IMG/VR virus record: IMGVR_UViG_3300042473_001368 | Source of the DNA: a virus | DNA length: 64,000 bases | Direction: 5' to 3' (one strand) | In this document: piece by piece, positions 56,034 to 64,000 of the stretch | Position numbering within the stretch: position 1 is the first letter of the stretch | Layout: each line of letters begins with the position of its first letter | Program-made: the position numbers and the translations under genes | The notes under the pieces: generated by a model | The model's database searches: none | The model's input: only the letters and a program-made list of their open reading frames with translations | What the model was told of the DNA's origin: nothing

Positions 56034-56131
56034 AGCGGGATAACTCAGCCAGGTAGAGTCATCGGAGGAGTAGCAGCATACCAGCAGTGAAAGTTCGGTG
56101 GTCGTTGGTTCAAATCCAACTCCCGCTGCCA
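56034..56131 (+). ncRNA. tRNA-scaffold RNA with an oversized anticodon loop, CCA encoded
   Basis: agcggga/tcccgct, D arm, catcgga/ttcggtg stem with ~27-nt loop, gttgg-TTCAAAT-ccaac, GCCA; own promoter 56013-56027. Confidence 0.68.
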
Positions 56132-56174
56132 TTTTTTGCATAACGAACCTCGATATAATTAACACACACAATAT

Positions 56175-56681
56175 ATGAAAGACTGCATCGCACAACTCGA
56201 CATTCGCCAAGGACAAAATCAACGTACCGTATTCCGTCGCTCTCATAGCGTAACGCCTTCTGCGCGTTACTATGGTTCCTCTAACCTTATCAATGCGACT
56301 GACGAGGTCGGCTCTGAGGCTGGTATCTTCCAAGCACGCTTTAAGTCCAAAGCTTGGTCTAAGTTCACTCAAGCTGCTACGCGCCTTACTGCTAAAACGC
56401 TCCGTGAGAAGCTTGAGCTCTCAAACAATATCTCTATCACCTTCTCTATCTATGCCGGGTGCTCTATGTGTCCTTGCTCTCCTGGGTTCGTTATCCGTCC
56501 TAAGAACGACAATGGCGAAAAGGAACTGCGCGATAAGGAACTTCAAGGAACCACGATCTGGGGCTCCTTGAAGTTCGCGGACCATATCGTAGCGAACTTC
56601 AAGGAGACGAAAGGAACTGAGTTCCTGAACGCGTTCGCGGCCGAAAAGGAACAAAACGAGAAGGAACAAAACGAACAATAA
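56175..56681 (+). CDS. hypothetical protein with a CSMCPCSPGF motif
   Basis: 168 aa after an early promoter. Confidence 0.7.
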   Translation: MKDCIAQLDIRQGQNQRTVFRRSHSVTPSARYYGSSNLINATDEVGSEAGIFQARFKSKAWSKFTQAATRLTAKTLREKLELSNNISITFSIYAGCSMCPCSPGFVIRPKNDNGEKELRDKELQGTTIWGSLKFADHIVANFKETKGTEFLNAFAAEKEQNEKEQNEQ

Positions 56682-56773
56682 TTTTTGTGTGGTAATGTGT
56701 GTGCATATGGAGAGGGAGTGTGTGCTCCCTCTCCGAACACTCCACGTAACGAACTTCAGTATAATTCTAGTGT

Positions 56774-56992
56774 ATGCAAAAGACTAAACACCAACAAGAC
56801 ATTCAAAAAGTCCTCACTAAGCTCGCAAAGATCGATGTTATTACCTACGCCTTTGTATTAACCGCTATCGATAAGTACTGCGATAAAGTCCTCGATGATG
56901 AGGAACACACGCTAAGAGTTATGGAGAACTCGGTCATCGCTGGCGAGGCTTGGATCAGTACTGCAAAGGAAATTGAAGCAGCTCTCAAGTAA
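56774..56992 (+). CDS. hypothetical protein
   Basis: ORF after an early promoter. Confidence 0.65.
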   Translation: MQKTKHQQDIQKVLTKLAKIDVITYAFVLTAIDKYCDKVLDDEEHTLRVMENSVIAGEAWISTAKEIEAALK

Positions 56993-57022
56993 CGAACTTC
57001 GATACAATTAGGAGCAAACAAT

Positions 57023-57247
57023 ATGAAGATCGACAATAACGAATTCAAAGCTCTTATCTCTCTCGCGGCTCTAGCCTACGAAGATGTTAACGAGCCTGCG
57101 CAAGAGATTGGCAAGTTCGTTAATGCGATCGTCATTCCTTTGCTGACCAAGCGCAAGAACTCTCAAGCGTACAAAGATGCGCGAGAGGATCTACTCTCGC
57201 GTGGACGTAATGCTCGCGTGCTTCTCAAGAAAGAAGAAGCACGATAA
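57023..57247 (+). CDS. hypothetical protein
   Basis: ORF after an early promoter, GGAG RBS. Confidence 0.65.
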   Translation: MKIDNNEFKALISLAALAYEDVNEPAQEIGKFVNAIVIPLLTKRKNSQAYKDAREDLLSRGRNARVLLKKEEAR

Positions 57248-57279
57248 CGAACCCCGATATAATTACATACACACAATAT

Positions 57280-58176
57280 ATGCAACTTAAAAACATTACT
57301 CAATCCGGTTTCACTAAGGTATCCAATATCAACATTCCTTCGATCTTCTTCAATCGTCTCTCTACTGGCGTCAAAGAGTTCGATTCGCTCTTCGGAGAAG
57401 GAATCCTTCCTGGGTCGTCTATGACTTTTTGCGGCCAAGCTGGCGTAGGTAAGACTACTATGCTTCTTCAAATGATGGAAGCTCTCGCTGGTAACTACGA
57501 GGTAGGTTACGCTTCGGGAGAGGAGAGTTCGTTCCAGCTCGCCTATACTTGCCGCCGCCTTGGTATCAAGAACGTAGCGATTGCGAACGAGACCGATGTT
57601 GATCGTCTTGTTAAGGCTACAAAGACTCTCGATGTACTCGTTGTCGATTCCTTCCAAGCTCTCTCCTCTACGAAGCAAATGAACTCTCGCGAGTTCGAAC
57701 GCTATGCGGTAAACGAACTTGTTGCTGCTGGCAAGGAGAACGAATGCGTGATTGTGTTCGTAATGCACTTGACTAAGACTGGCGACCTTAAAGGCTCTAC
57801 GCTAGTGCCGCATGCGGTTGATGTGAACTTCAAGATCACTCGCGACGATGAGGGCGACGAGACTGCACGTATCATTAGCGTGTACAAGAACCGCTTCGGC
57901 TCTACGGGAGAGTATCACGCCAATATGACTCGTGCGGGTATCGAAATCTCTGAGCGTAAAGAGATCTCTGCGCCTAAGTCTAAGGTCGATCGCCGCAAAG
58001 AACTTCACGAAGCGATCCTTACTATGGACCCTCCTCTGATTACAAAGGGTGCGCTGATACAAAAATTTGGACTTACTTCGAGTCAATGCTACTTGGTTCT
58101 ACGCGAACTCCAAGATATGGGTAAGCTTATCAAGTACGGTAAAGGAGACTCTGCTACCTGGAAGAAGACACTCTAA
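57280..58176 (+). CDS. radA: RadA/Sms-like RecA-family ATPase (ATPase core plus short C-terminal HTH-like tail)
   Basis: TG..EFD..FG.GI.PGS, Walker A G.AGVGKTT, Y.SGEES, VVDSFQ, H.TK.G...G...H.VD, KNRFG. Confidence 0.8.
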   Translation: MQLKNITQSGFTKVSNINIPSIFFNRLSTGVKEFDSLFGEGILPGSSMTFCGQAGVGKTTMLLQMMEALAGNYEVGYASGEESSFQLAYTCRRLGIKNVAIANETDVDRLVKATKTLDVLVVDSFQALSSTKQMNSREFERYAVNELVAAGKENECVIVFVMHLTKTGDLKGSTLVPHAVDVNFKITRDDEGDETARIISVYKNRFGSTGEYHANMTRAGIEISERKEISAPKSKVDRRKELHEAILTMDPPLITKGALIQKFGLTSSQCYLVLRELQDMGKLIKYGKGDSATWKKTL

Positions 58177-58799
58177 GACCTACTCTTATAATGGCATTCA
58201 AGGCTGCAATACTTCTTTACGTTCTTCTTTGAAGATAGCATCTCGCTGCCGCAATAGTCGCAATGCTTAGAGAACATTCTAGATAACGTTAAGCAACTAC
58301 GGCTACAGTGCTTTGTTGTTCTTGTAGATAATACTTTGAACTTACCACCGCAGCCTGAACAACATCTCGTTACAAATGGTAAGAATGTTTGTTTATAGCA
58401 TTCTTTGCTACAGTATGGTCTATCTCTCGCAACTTGTGATTTGTTTGCGTAAAACTCTTTATTACACTGCTTACAAGCTACAATCTTACCGTTCATTCGG
58501 TGAGCGCTTAATTGACGCCGCATCCATCCATATATCTTATTTGACTTTCTTTGCTTAGAGGTAGTTGAAGATAGAAAAAAGACAGCATACATAAGCTTTA
58601 TATTACCTGGGTATATCTTCACAAGTAGTTGATGGCATACATAATGCTCTTCAGGAGTGAGATCGACTAAGTTGTCTTCATCGTCTGTTCCATTCATACA
58701 TCTTGGTATAATGTGATGACGTTCTTTATAGGTACCAGCTTCTAGTTTGCGCTCTTTAGCTCTTGAGATGATACTATCGTATATTCTTTGGTAATTCAT
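58173..58799 (-). mobile_element. free-standing HNH homing endonuclease with C-terminal CxxC repeats
   Basis: MNYQRIY..II.RAK.R, ERHHIIPRC..GTD...NLV.LTPEEHYVCH.LL. Confidence 0.85.
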
Positions 58800-58854
58800 T
58801 GCAAGTATATTTAGTCAAACAGTTGATGTTCTCTATGTATTACACTAAATAACT

Positions 58855-59010
58855 TTAGAGCTCAGCGCGAGTCTTTTGGTAGTTCATTGCAACCGTCTTC
58901 CATAACAGCGCTGAGCTCTTTCTATTTTCATTCTCTAAGCTCTAAGGCTAGCGCCGCCTCAGTTCCCAAATCTAAAAGTCACACGGCAATGAGATTTGGG
59001 AACTGTTCCC
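58855..59010 (+). ncRNA. candidate late-expressed structured RNA or replication/regulatory site
   Basis: 12-bp and 14-bp perfect inverted repeats downstream of CTAAATA. Confidence 0.4.
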
Positions 59011-59107
59011 AACTCTTAAAAATGAAACGGGGGAGCGCATAGCAAAACACAGTTATCAGCTCCTCGTCGAGCTAAAACGAACCTCGATATAATTACGTAC
59101 ACGCAAT

Positions 59108-59590
59108 ATGAAATCAACACTCCTATTTCTACAACGGTTTACTCCGCCAAAAGGTTATATGATCAACCGCGAGGCGACTCTCGCTGAGCGCAAAGCAATC
59201 GGCCGCAAAGCGCTCGTTGATAGACTCGCGCCTGAGATCTGGAACATGCTCTGGGAACTCAATGATTACACAACTCTTTCTCACTTCGGAAGTATCACTC
59301 ATTGGAGCTACAAAGATGGCAAAGTAGAAGCTTGGGTAAATTGCGGTGCTGTTCACTACTATGGTTTTCAAGAATTCAAAGATATGCTGCTCGACTATGA
59401 GCCTACCTATGTGTTACGAATGCATAAGCTCTGCGCGAAGAATCTACGCGATCAAAAGGCTCTACGCGGCAATGCTCGTAAGGAAGAAGCAATGAAACAT
59501 CTTCGCGAGGTTCAGGTGAAGCCCACAGAACGTAAAGCGACCAAGCCGGTCAAGATCAAGATCGACCTTGAGATCGAAGCTTGGCTCTGA
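59108..59590 (+). CDS. hypothetical protein
   Basis: 160 aa after an early promoter. Confidence 0.65.
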   Translation: MKSTLLFLQRFTPPKGYMINREATLAERKAIGRKALVDRLAPEIWNMLWELNDYTTLSHFGSITHWSYKDGKVEAWVNCGAVHYYGFQEFKDMLLDYEPTYVLRMHKLCAKNLRDQKALRGNARKEEAMKHLREVQVKPTERKATKPVKIKIDLEIEAWL

Positions 59591-59620
59591 GTGCATAACG
59601 AACTCCGATACAATGGGCGT

Positions 59621-59779
59621 ATGAAAAAGAGCCGCAAATTGTCAAAGTCTTTTGACTATAGCCCCATCGCGCTTAGAGCGTTAACGCGCCACAGTTATGC
59701 TCCTCCTGTGAAGAAGTTCAAGGATAAGAAGCATGACGCTAAGAAGTACGGGTGCCGCTCGAAGCAAAACGAACTCTGA
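59621..59779 (+). CDS. small basic protein
   Basis: MKKSRKL...KDKK..KK..CR; ATG 6 nt after TACAAT. Confidence 0.55.
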   Translation: MKKSRKLSKSFDYSPIALRALTRHSYAPPVKKFKDKKHDAKKYGCRSKQNEL

Positions 59780-59791
59780 TACAATACCTCA

Positions 59792-60028
59792 GTGTATAAT
59801 ACCAACAACAAAACATCTGAAGAGCTTTGGGCGATCACTTCTGAAACAGGAGCGATATTGTGGAGCCGTGGCGGCTCCAGCTCTACACCACGGCTTATGG
59901 TTTATGAATCTGAAAAGAAAGCTGAAGCTGCTCTCAAAAGTTCCTGGACAAAGCAAGTTCATAATGCTGATGCAGTCCAGATTCGTAAGATCTATTCCGC
60001 TCCGCAAAACGAACTCCATTATATTTAA
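59792..60028 (+). CDS. hypothetical protein
   Basis: GTG 6 nt after TACAAT. Confidence 0.5.
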   Translation: MYNTNNKTSEELWAITSETGAILWSRGGSSSTPRLMVYESEKKAEAALKSSWTKQVHNADAVQIRKIYSAPQNELHYI

Positions 60029-60040
60029 CGCACACAGCAT

Positions 60041-60262
60041 ATGAAAGACTTCTTCCCACCACAATTTGATCGCAACAAAAACGGCTCACTCTTTGATCGC
60101 GGTAGCGCGGATGCTTACTACCGTCGCGCTTTTGAACCGCATTGGTATCCAGAAGGTACTTACAATGGCGAGAAGATTACGAACTTGACCTCGGAAGAGA
60201 TCGAGGAATACCGCGCAGGGTTCAAATATCAAGAATCGACTGGCGTCTTCAAAGAATATTAA
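60041..60262 (+). CDS. conserved phage protein (DRG.AD.YY.R..PH family)
   Basis: G..FDRGSADAYY.R...PH.Y..GT..G. Confidence 0.75.
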   Translation: MKDFFPPQFDRNKNGSLFDRGSADAYYRRAFEPHWYPEGTYNGEKITNLTSEEIEEYRAGFKYQESTGVFKEY

Positions 60263-60299
60263 TCAAAACGAACTCCGATATAATTAACGCACACAGCAT

Positions 60300-60563
60300 A
60301 TGAAATTACCAACACGTACAAATATTAAGAAGATCCTTAACCGCTACGACCTTTCTCGCAGCTACACGGACAAGCGAGCGAATGGAAACCGGATCAAGAT
60401 CTCGACACGGATGAGCGAAGAATCAATAGAGCTCATTCAAAAGGAACTTTCAAAAGAGTTTCCTCATCTTGACATCGTTGTCAAACTTATTGATTCAAAG
60501 TTCACGTCTTCCGGTGGTTCACGAATCTGCACTGCAATTTACTCTTCCGTCAAGCTCAGCTAA
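60300..60563 (+). CDS. hypothetical protein
   Basis: ORF after an early promoter. Confidence 0.6.
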   Translation: MKLPTRTNIKKILNRYDLSRSYTDKRANGNRIKISTRMSEESIELIQKELSKEFPHLDIVVKLIDSKFTSSGGSRICTAIYSSVKLS

Positions 60564-60613
60564 ACGAACTTCATTATAATTAACTTGTAACCAACAACAA
60601 ACACATTAACATT

Positions 60614-61045
60614 ATGCCATTTACTACAATCGTCGCTCCTGAACAAGTCCGTCAACAATTCACCGCTCTGCGCGATAAGCTCAAAGCTACCGATAAGCTG
60701 CTGATGCAAGCTTGCTGGGATACAGTCCAAGAGCTGCTCTTCACTGCAATGTCTGAAGAAGATCTTGCGAACCGAATCGATAAGCTTCGTGCTGATCAAA
60801 AGGTAGTTAAGGCTGCTCTCAAGCCTGCTGCTAAGAAAGCTCCAAAGAAGGAGGCTAAGAAAGAAGCTCCTAAAGCCAAGAAGGAGAAAGCGCCTAAAGC
60901 TAAGAAGGAGAAGGAAGTTCCTTCTAAGCCAGTAGCTAAGAAGTCCAAGAAGAAACTGCTCAAAGAAGCACCGCTTGTCCTTACTGAAGGAGAGCGCATC
61001 ATCGCTGAGGACGACGATGTTCCTTGCTTCGTCTCGGTAGGCTAA
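60614..61045 (+). CDS. protein with a Lys/Ala/Pro-rich (histone H1-like) tail
   Basis: KKAPKKEAKKEAPKAKKEKAPKAKKEK. Confidence 0.7.
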   Translation: MPFTTIVAPEQVRQQFTALRDKLKATDKLLMQACWDTVQELLFTAMSEEDLANRIDKLRADQKVVKAALKPAAKKAPKKEAKKEAPKAKKEKAPKAKKEKEVPSKPVAKKSKKKLLKEAPLVLTEGERIIAEDDDVPCFVSVG

Positions 61046-61112
61046 GTTATGCGGCCCTGAGCATTTGGCGTAAAAAGGCTCAAAGCTTTACGAACTCTAA
61101 TATAATTAGGCG

Positions 61113-61334
61113 ATGCAAGTAGAACTAAACAAACTGATTGACGACCTGAGTGAAAAGTTTTGGAACAATTGTACCTTTTCAAAGCCAGCGGCTAATGCGA
61201 GGGAAAGTGTTCTCCAAACAATCAAAGCATATTTCATTAAGAAAGATCTTGTGATCGTTTCACGTGTTGAATATGACCGGCTCTTGAAAGAAATTGAAAA
61301 CATAAGAGAGTCAGAAAACGGAACGCCTTACTAA
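61113..61334 (+). CDS. hypothetical protein
   Basis: ATG 6 nt after TATAAT. Confidence 0.6.
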   Translation: MQVELNKLIDDLSEKFWNNCTFSKPAANARESVLQTIKAYFIKKDLVIVSRVEYDRLLKEIENIRESENGTPY

Positions 61335-61358
61335 AACGAACTTCAATATAATATTGGT

Positions 61359-61553
61359 ATGATGAACAACACTACACGCAACACTACTACTCGTTCAAAC
61401 TGGTCTGTCAAATTTGGAGCTGTAAAGTCCGTAGACGCTTCCGAAGTGATCTTCAAAGCAACCGTAAAGGTCAATCCTTATCTGCGCTCTAAGACCTACT
61501 TGAAGCGTCCAGGCATCTCGATGAAGGGTAAAACGAACGCAGAAGCTTACTAA
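61359..61553 (+). CDS. hypothetical protein
   Basis: ATG 6 nt after TATAAT. Confidence 0.55.
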   Translation: MMNNTTRNTTTRSNWSVKFGAVKSVDASEVIFKATVKVNPYLRSKTYLKRPGISMKGKTNAEAY

Positions 61554-61571
61554 CTTGACTAAATAACGTCA

Positions 61572-61982
61572 ATGAAAAGAGATATCGACTTACTCAACGA
61601 AGCGTACAACAAAGTGCGCAAACAATCACAGCTCACTGAAGGCAGAAAGGATGGTAACTTTGACGATTACGAAACTGATCAAATGAGACGTTTTAACGAT
61701 CCGAATTACGATGACGAAGACGATGAACCATTGTCTGACTATGATGCAGGCAAGGTGCGCGTCGGAGACGTCAAAGCATGGGAAGCTCTCTTAGCTGCTG
61801 TTGAAGGTGATGAGAACATCGATGCAGATAGATTCCTACAGATGTGGGCGCAATCAACAAAGCAGAACCCTGCTGGTCTTGATCTCGATAGATGCATCAA
61901 TGACTTCGCATCTGCTTCTGGTATCGGTCTCGCTTTCGATCCTACAGACAATACTCTGTATGTGGACGATTATTACGATTGA
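61572..61982 (+). CDS. acidic late protein
   Basis: CTAAATA upstream; MKRD..LL.EAY N-terminus. Confidence 0.7.
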   Translation: MKRDIDLLNEAYNKVRKQSQLTEGRKDGNFDDYETDQMRRFNDPNYDDEDDEPLSDYDAGKVRVGDVKAWEALLAAVEGDENIDADRFLQMWAQSTKQNPAGLDLDRCINDFASASGIGLAFDPTDNTLYVDDYYD

Positions 61983-62011
61983 TCATTCGCTCAGTACAAA
62001 ACGGTCAAATT

Positions 62012-62039
62012 GGAACCCTCAGTAAATTCTGAGGGTTCC
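62012..62039 (+). terminator. hairpin, probable terminator
   Basis: 11-bp stem ggaaccctcag/ctgagggttcc. Confidence 0.6.
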
Positions 62040-62070
62040 GCGTCTAAACGAACTCCGATATAATTTAGGT

Positions 62071-62526
62071 ATGCTTACGACCACCATCGCAACTTCGATT
62101 CAATACGGAAACTACAAAGCGCTTATGAGCCGCATAGAGCAGATCAAAGCACTCATGAAGCACTACGCTAAAGCGTTCAAAGATGAATTTGATTACAATC
62201 CAAAGGTGGTTGTTCATATGCGCCCCATTAAGGGCCGAGTTGCTGGGAGAGCGTTCTGCAATAACCCTCTCATTGAGATTGACCCTCGTTACAAGTTCCG
62301 TGAAATCATCGAGACCATCGCTCACGAGCTTACTCACTCAGAGCAATACAAACAAGGTCGATTGAAGCACCTTGTAGGTAATCAATCGATCTGGGAGAGC
62401 CGTACGATGAGCCGAGGAACTACATACTCGCAATACTTAGCGCTTCCTTGGGAGGTTGAAGCTCGTAAACGCGCTAAGGAGTTCGTTGACAAGTACTTCA
62501 CTCACAACTACCTCGACGTTGCTTAA
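62071..62526 (+). CDS. HExxH zinc metallopeptidase-like protein
   Basis: AHELTHSEQY and LPWEVEAR. Confidence 0.78.
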   Translation: MLTTTIATSIQYGNYKALMSRIEQIKALMKHYAKAFKDEFDYNPKVVVHMRPIKGRVAGRAFCNNPLIEIDPRYKFREIIETIAHELTHSEQYKQGRLKHLVGNQSIWESRTMSRGTTYSQYLALPWEVEARKRAKEFVDKYFTHNYLDVA

Positions 62527-62554
62527 GCTTAACGAACTCCAATATAATAACATT

Positions 62555-62725
62555 ATGATCAAAGCAATACTACTCGCAACCGTTACGCTCACCGCACTGT
62601 TCCTTCTCATTCAGATCTTCTTTGGCTGGCAGATCGCTGCTGCCTTCGTTGGCGGCTGCGTCGTCACCGATCTGTTCTGGGGCTTGGCGTTGCGTAAGAG
62701 ACTCGCAACGCTGGATGCGCAATAA
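62555..62725 (+). CDS. small membrane protein
   Basis: Two TM helices; ATG 6 nt after TATAAT. Confidence 0.6.
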   Translation: MIKAILLATVTLTALFLLIQIFFGWQIAAAFVGGCVVTDLFWGLALRKRLATLDAQ

Positions 62726-62747
62726 TGAACTTCTGTATAATACTGGT

Positions 62748-62909
62748 ATGACAACATATTGGGAACTAGAAAAAGAGTTGATTGAACAGCATGGTCTTGA
62801 GAAGGTGAATGAAGCACTTGCTCAGCTTGAAGAGGATCTTGGTCAGAATGGCTTTGATGCTTACAGAAGTGGAGAGCATGATCTACTTCTCAACTACTTC
62901 GAGCAATAA
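62748..62909 (+). CDS. hypothetical protein
   Basis: MTTYWELE...; ATG 6 nt after TATAAT. Confidence 0.6.
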   Translation: MTTYWELEKELIEQHGLEKVNEALAQLEEDLGQNGFDAYRSGEHDLLLNYFEQ

Positions 62910-63559
62910 GGAATGAAGCTCGATCGCTTTTCTCGAGCTCTTCTTTTTGCCTCTTTAACATTGCGTATATGCTCTTCGGTTTGTTTTCTACCTTTGAGTG
63001 CTTCCGCCTGTTTCCGTACATGCTCTCGGGTTTGTTTTCTACCTTTCAAAGCTTCGCGTATTTTCTGCTTATGTTCTTCTGACTTTGGAACTCCCTTCAT
63101 CGCACAGCAACCAGCAGGAGCTTGCGACTTACGTAAATTGCGCTCTGTTGAATGCTTCTTACCCTTTAACGCGATACTTATCTTGCGCTTCGTTTCTTCT
63201 GATTGATTGCCACCAGCAATACTTCGACGGTAGCTCTTGTTGATAAACTTGTGTTGTAAATCACTAGTCAAAACCTTCACCAGTACCTTACTCTCCCACA
63301 ACGACGCTGCTTCAGCTGTATCAAACGTTTTACGAATTTGAATGATGTCAGGCTCACCATATAATGTACGGAACTCAGCTACGGTTGCTGATGATGTGAA
63401 GTAGGTTACCCAAAAGTCATCAGGATGACAACCTGTGCTGTGTAAGCACTTATATTTTCTTGAGTATCTTACTCCGTAATAAAACTTATTAAGTTTAGAC
63501 CAGCCTATCAAATAGCAATAGGGACGATAAATAGTATTATGCTGTTGGTTTGTTTTCAT
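62894..63559 (-). mobile_element. free-standing GIY-YIG-like homing endonuclease
   Basis: PY.YLIGW....KFYYGVRY, YFTSS, NUMOD3-like repeats; same family as 28694-29503. Confidence 0.82.
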
Positions 63560-63657
63560 GACAATAGATTGGTTGGGATGTAGGAGTCCGCGAACCATAT
63601 AATTATATTTAGTCTCTTAGTGTTGTTTTGCATAATGAACTTCGGTATAATTGAGGT

Positions 63658-63867
63658 ATGGAAAATAAAGAACATACATCAACCAAGTACGTTTCAGTAA
63701 ATTACAGCTACCTCGCTGGTGTCCTTACTTCTAAGCTCCTCATGATTGCAGGAGAGCTCTTAAAGCAGGGCTTACTGAAGGACGACAAGCTCGACGAAGC
63801 AATAGCGATCGCCCTCAAAGCGATCGCTGATGCAGAGGAATCTGAGCGCAATTACACTCAAGGTTAA
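63658..63867 (+). CDS. hypothetical protein, paralogue of 37620-37832
   Basis: Shared motifs; ATG 6 nt after TATAAT. Confidence 0.65.
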   Translation: MENKEHTSTKYVSVNYSYLAGVLTSKLLMIAGELLKQGLLKDDKLDEAIAIALKAIADAEESERNYTQG

Positions 63868-63889
63868 CGAACTTCGATACAATATTATT

Positions 63890-64000
63890 ATGACAGACAA
63901 AGACGACGCCTACGCTGCTATTGCCATTCTCGTTGCTTGCTTCGCCGGCATCTGCATCTTCATGACCATCTTAACGATTGTTGTGGCTGCTTGCAAATGG
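63890..64000 (+). CDS. membrane protein (3' partial)
   Basis: MTDKDDAYAAIAILVACFAG..., runs off the window. Confidence 0.55.
   Translation, partial: MTDKDDAYAAIAILVACFAGICIFMTILTIVVAACKW

Larger units (their letters stand above)
2750..63610. promoter_or_regulatory. dispersed T4-type late promoters (T/C)ATAAATA / TAAATA
   Basis: On + near 8832, 13222, 16074, 31485, 44107, 49059, 61560; on - upstream of 4792, 18767, 29503, 43560, 58799. Confidence 0.65.
4806..63883 (+). promoter_or_regulatory. dispersed early-promoter family AA(C/T/G)GAAC-N5-TA(T/C)AAT, about 50 copies by manual count
   Basis: Examples (GAAC start): 4806, 10899, 12699, 12867, 15488, 20668, 21799, 23305, 27524, 30858, 33809, 37477, 39177, 41422, 46978, 50629, 54878, 56145, 57249, 59079, 60270, 62050, 63637; all on + and directly upstream of ORFs or RNAs. 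Confidence 0.85.

Overview
AT-rich segment of a large T4-like (myovirus-type) bacteriophage genome. Evidence: a gp14-like neck gene, TATAAATA-type late promoters, six free-standing homing endonuclease genes and thyX. Order from left to right: (1) neck gene, glycosyltransferases, sulfotransferase, a fibre-like repeat protein, a Cas4-like exonuclease and an Rml (rhamnose) cluster without rmlC; (2) an array of 31 tRNA genes covering all 20 amino acids (13.0-20.6 kb), interleaved with many unexplained structured or CCA-ended RNAs; (3) a ~67-nt tagless tmRNA-like RNA; (4) an NAD-reconstitution pair (PRPP-synthetase-like plus Nampt-like) and an RNA ligase, the last two each split into two ORFs by a homing endonuclease; (5) a long early region of small ORFs, mostly driven by about 50 copies of a non-canonical GAAC-N5-TATAAT promoter. 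The early region contains arrays of 60-80 aa ORFs chained by an ATGAATATTGA stop/start junction, several built from 12-bp CTCAGTT repeats. All calls are by eye from the sequence and the supplied ORF track. Family names are from motif recognition, not database searches.
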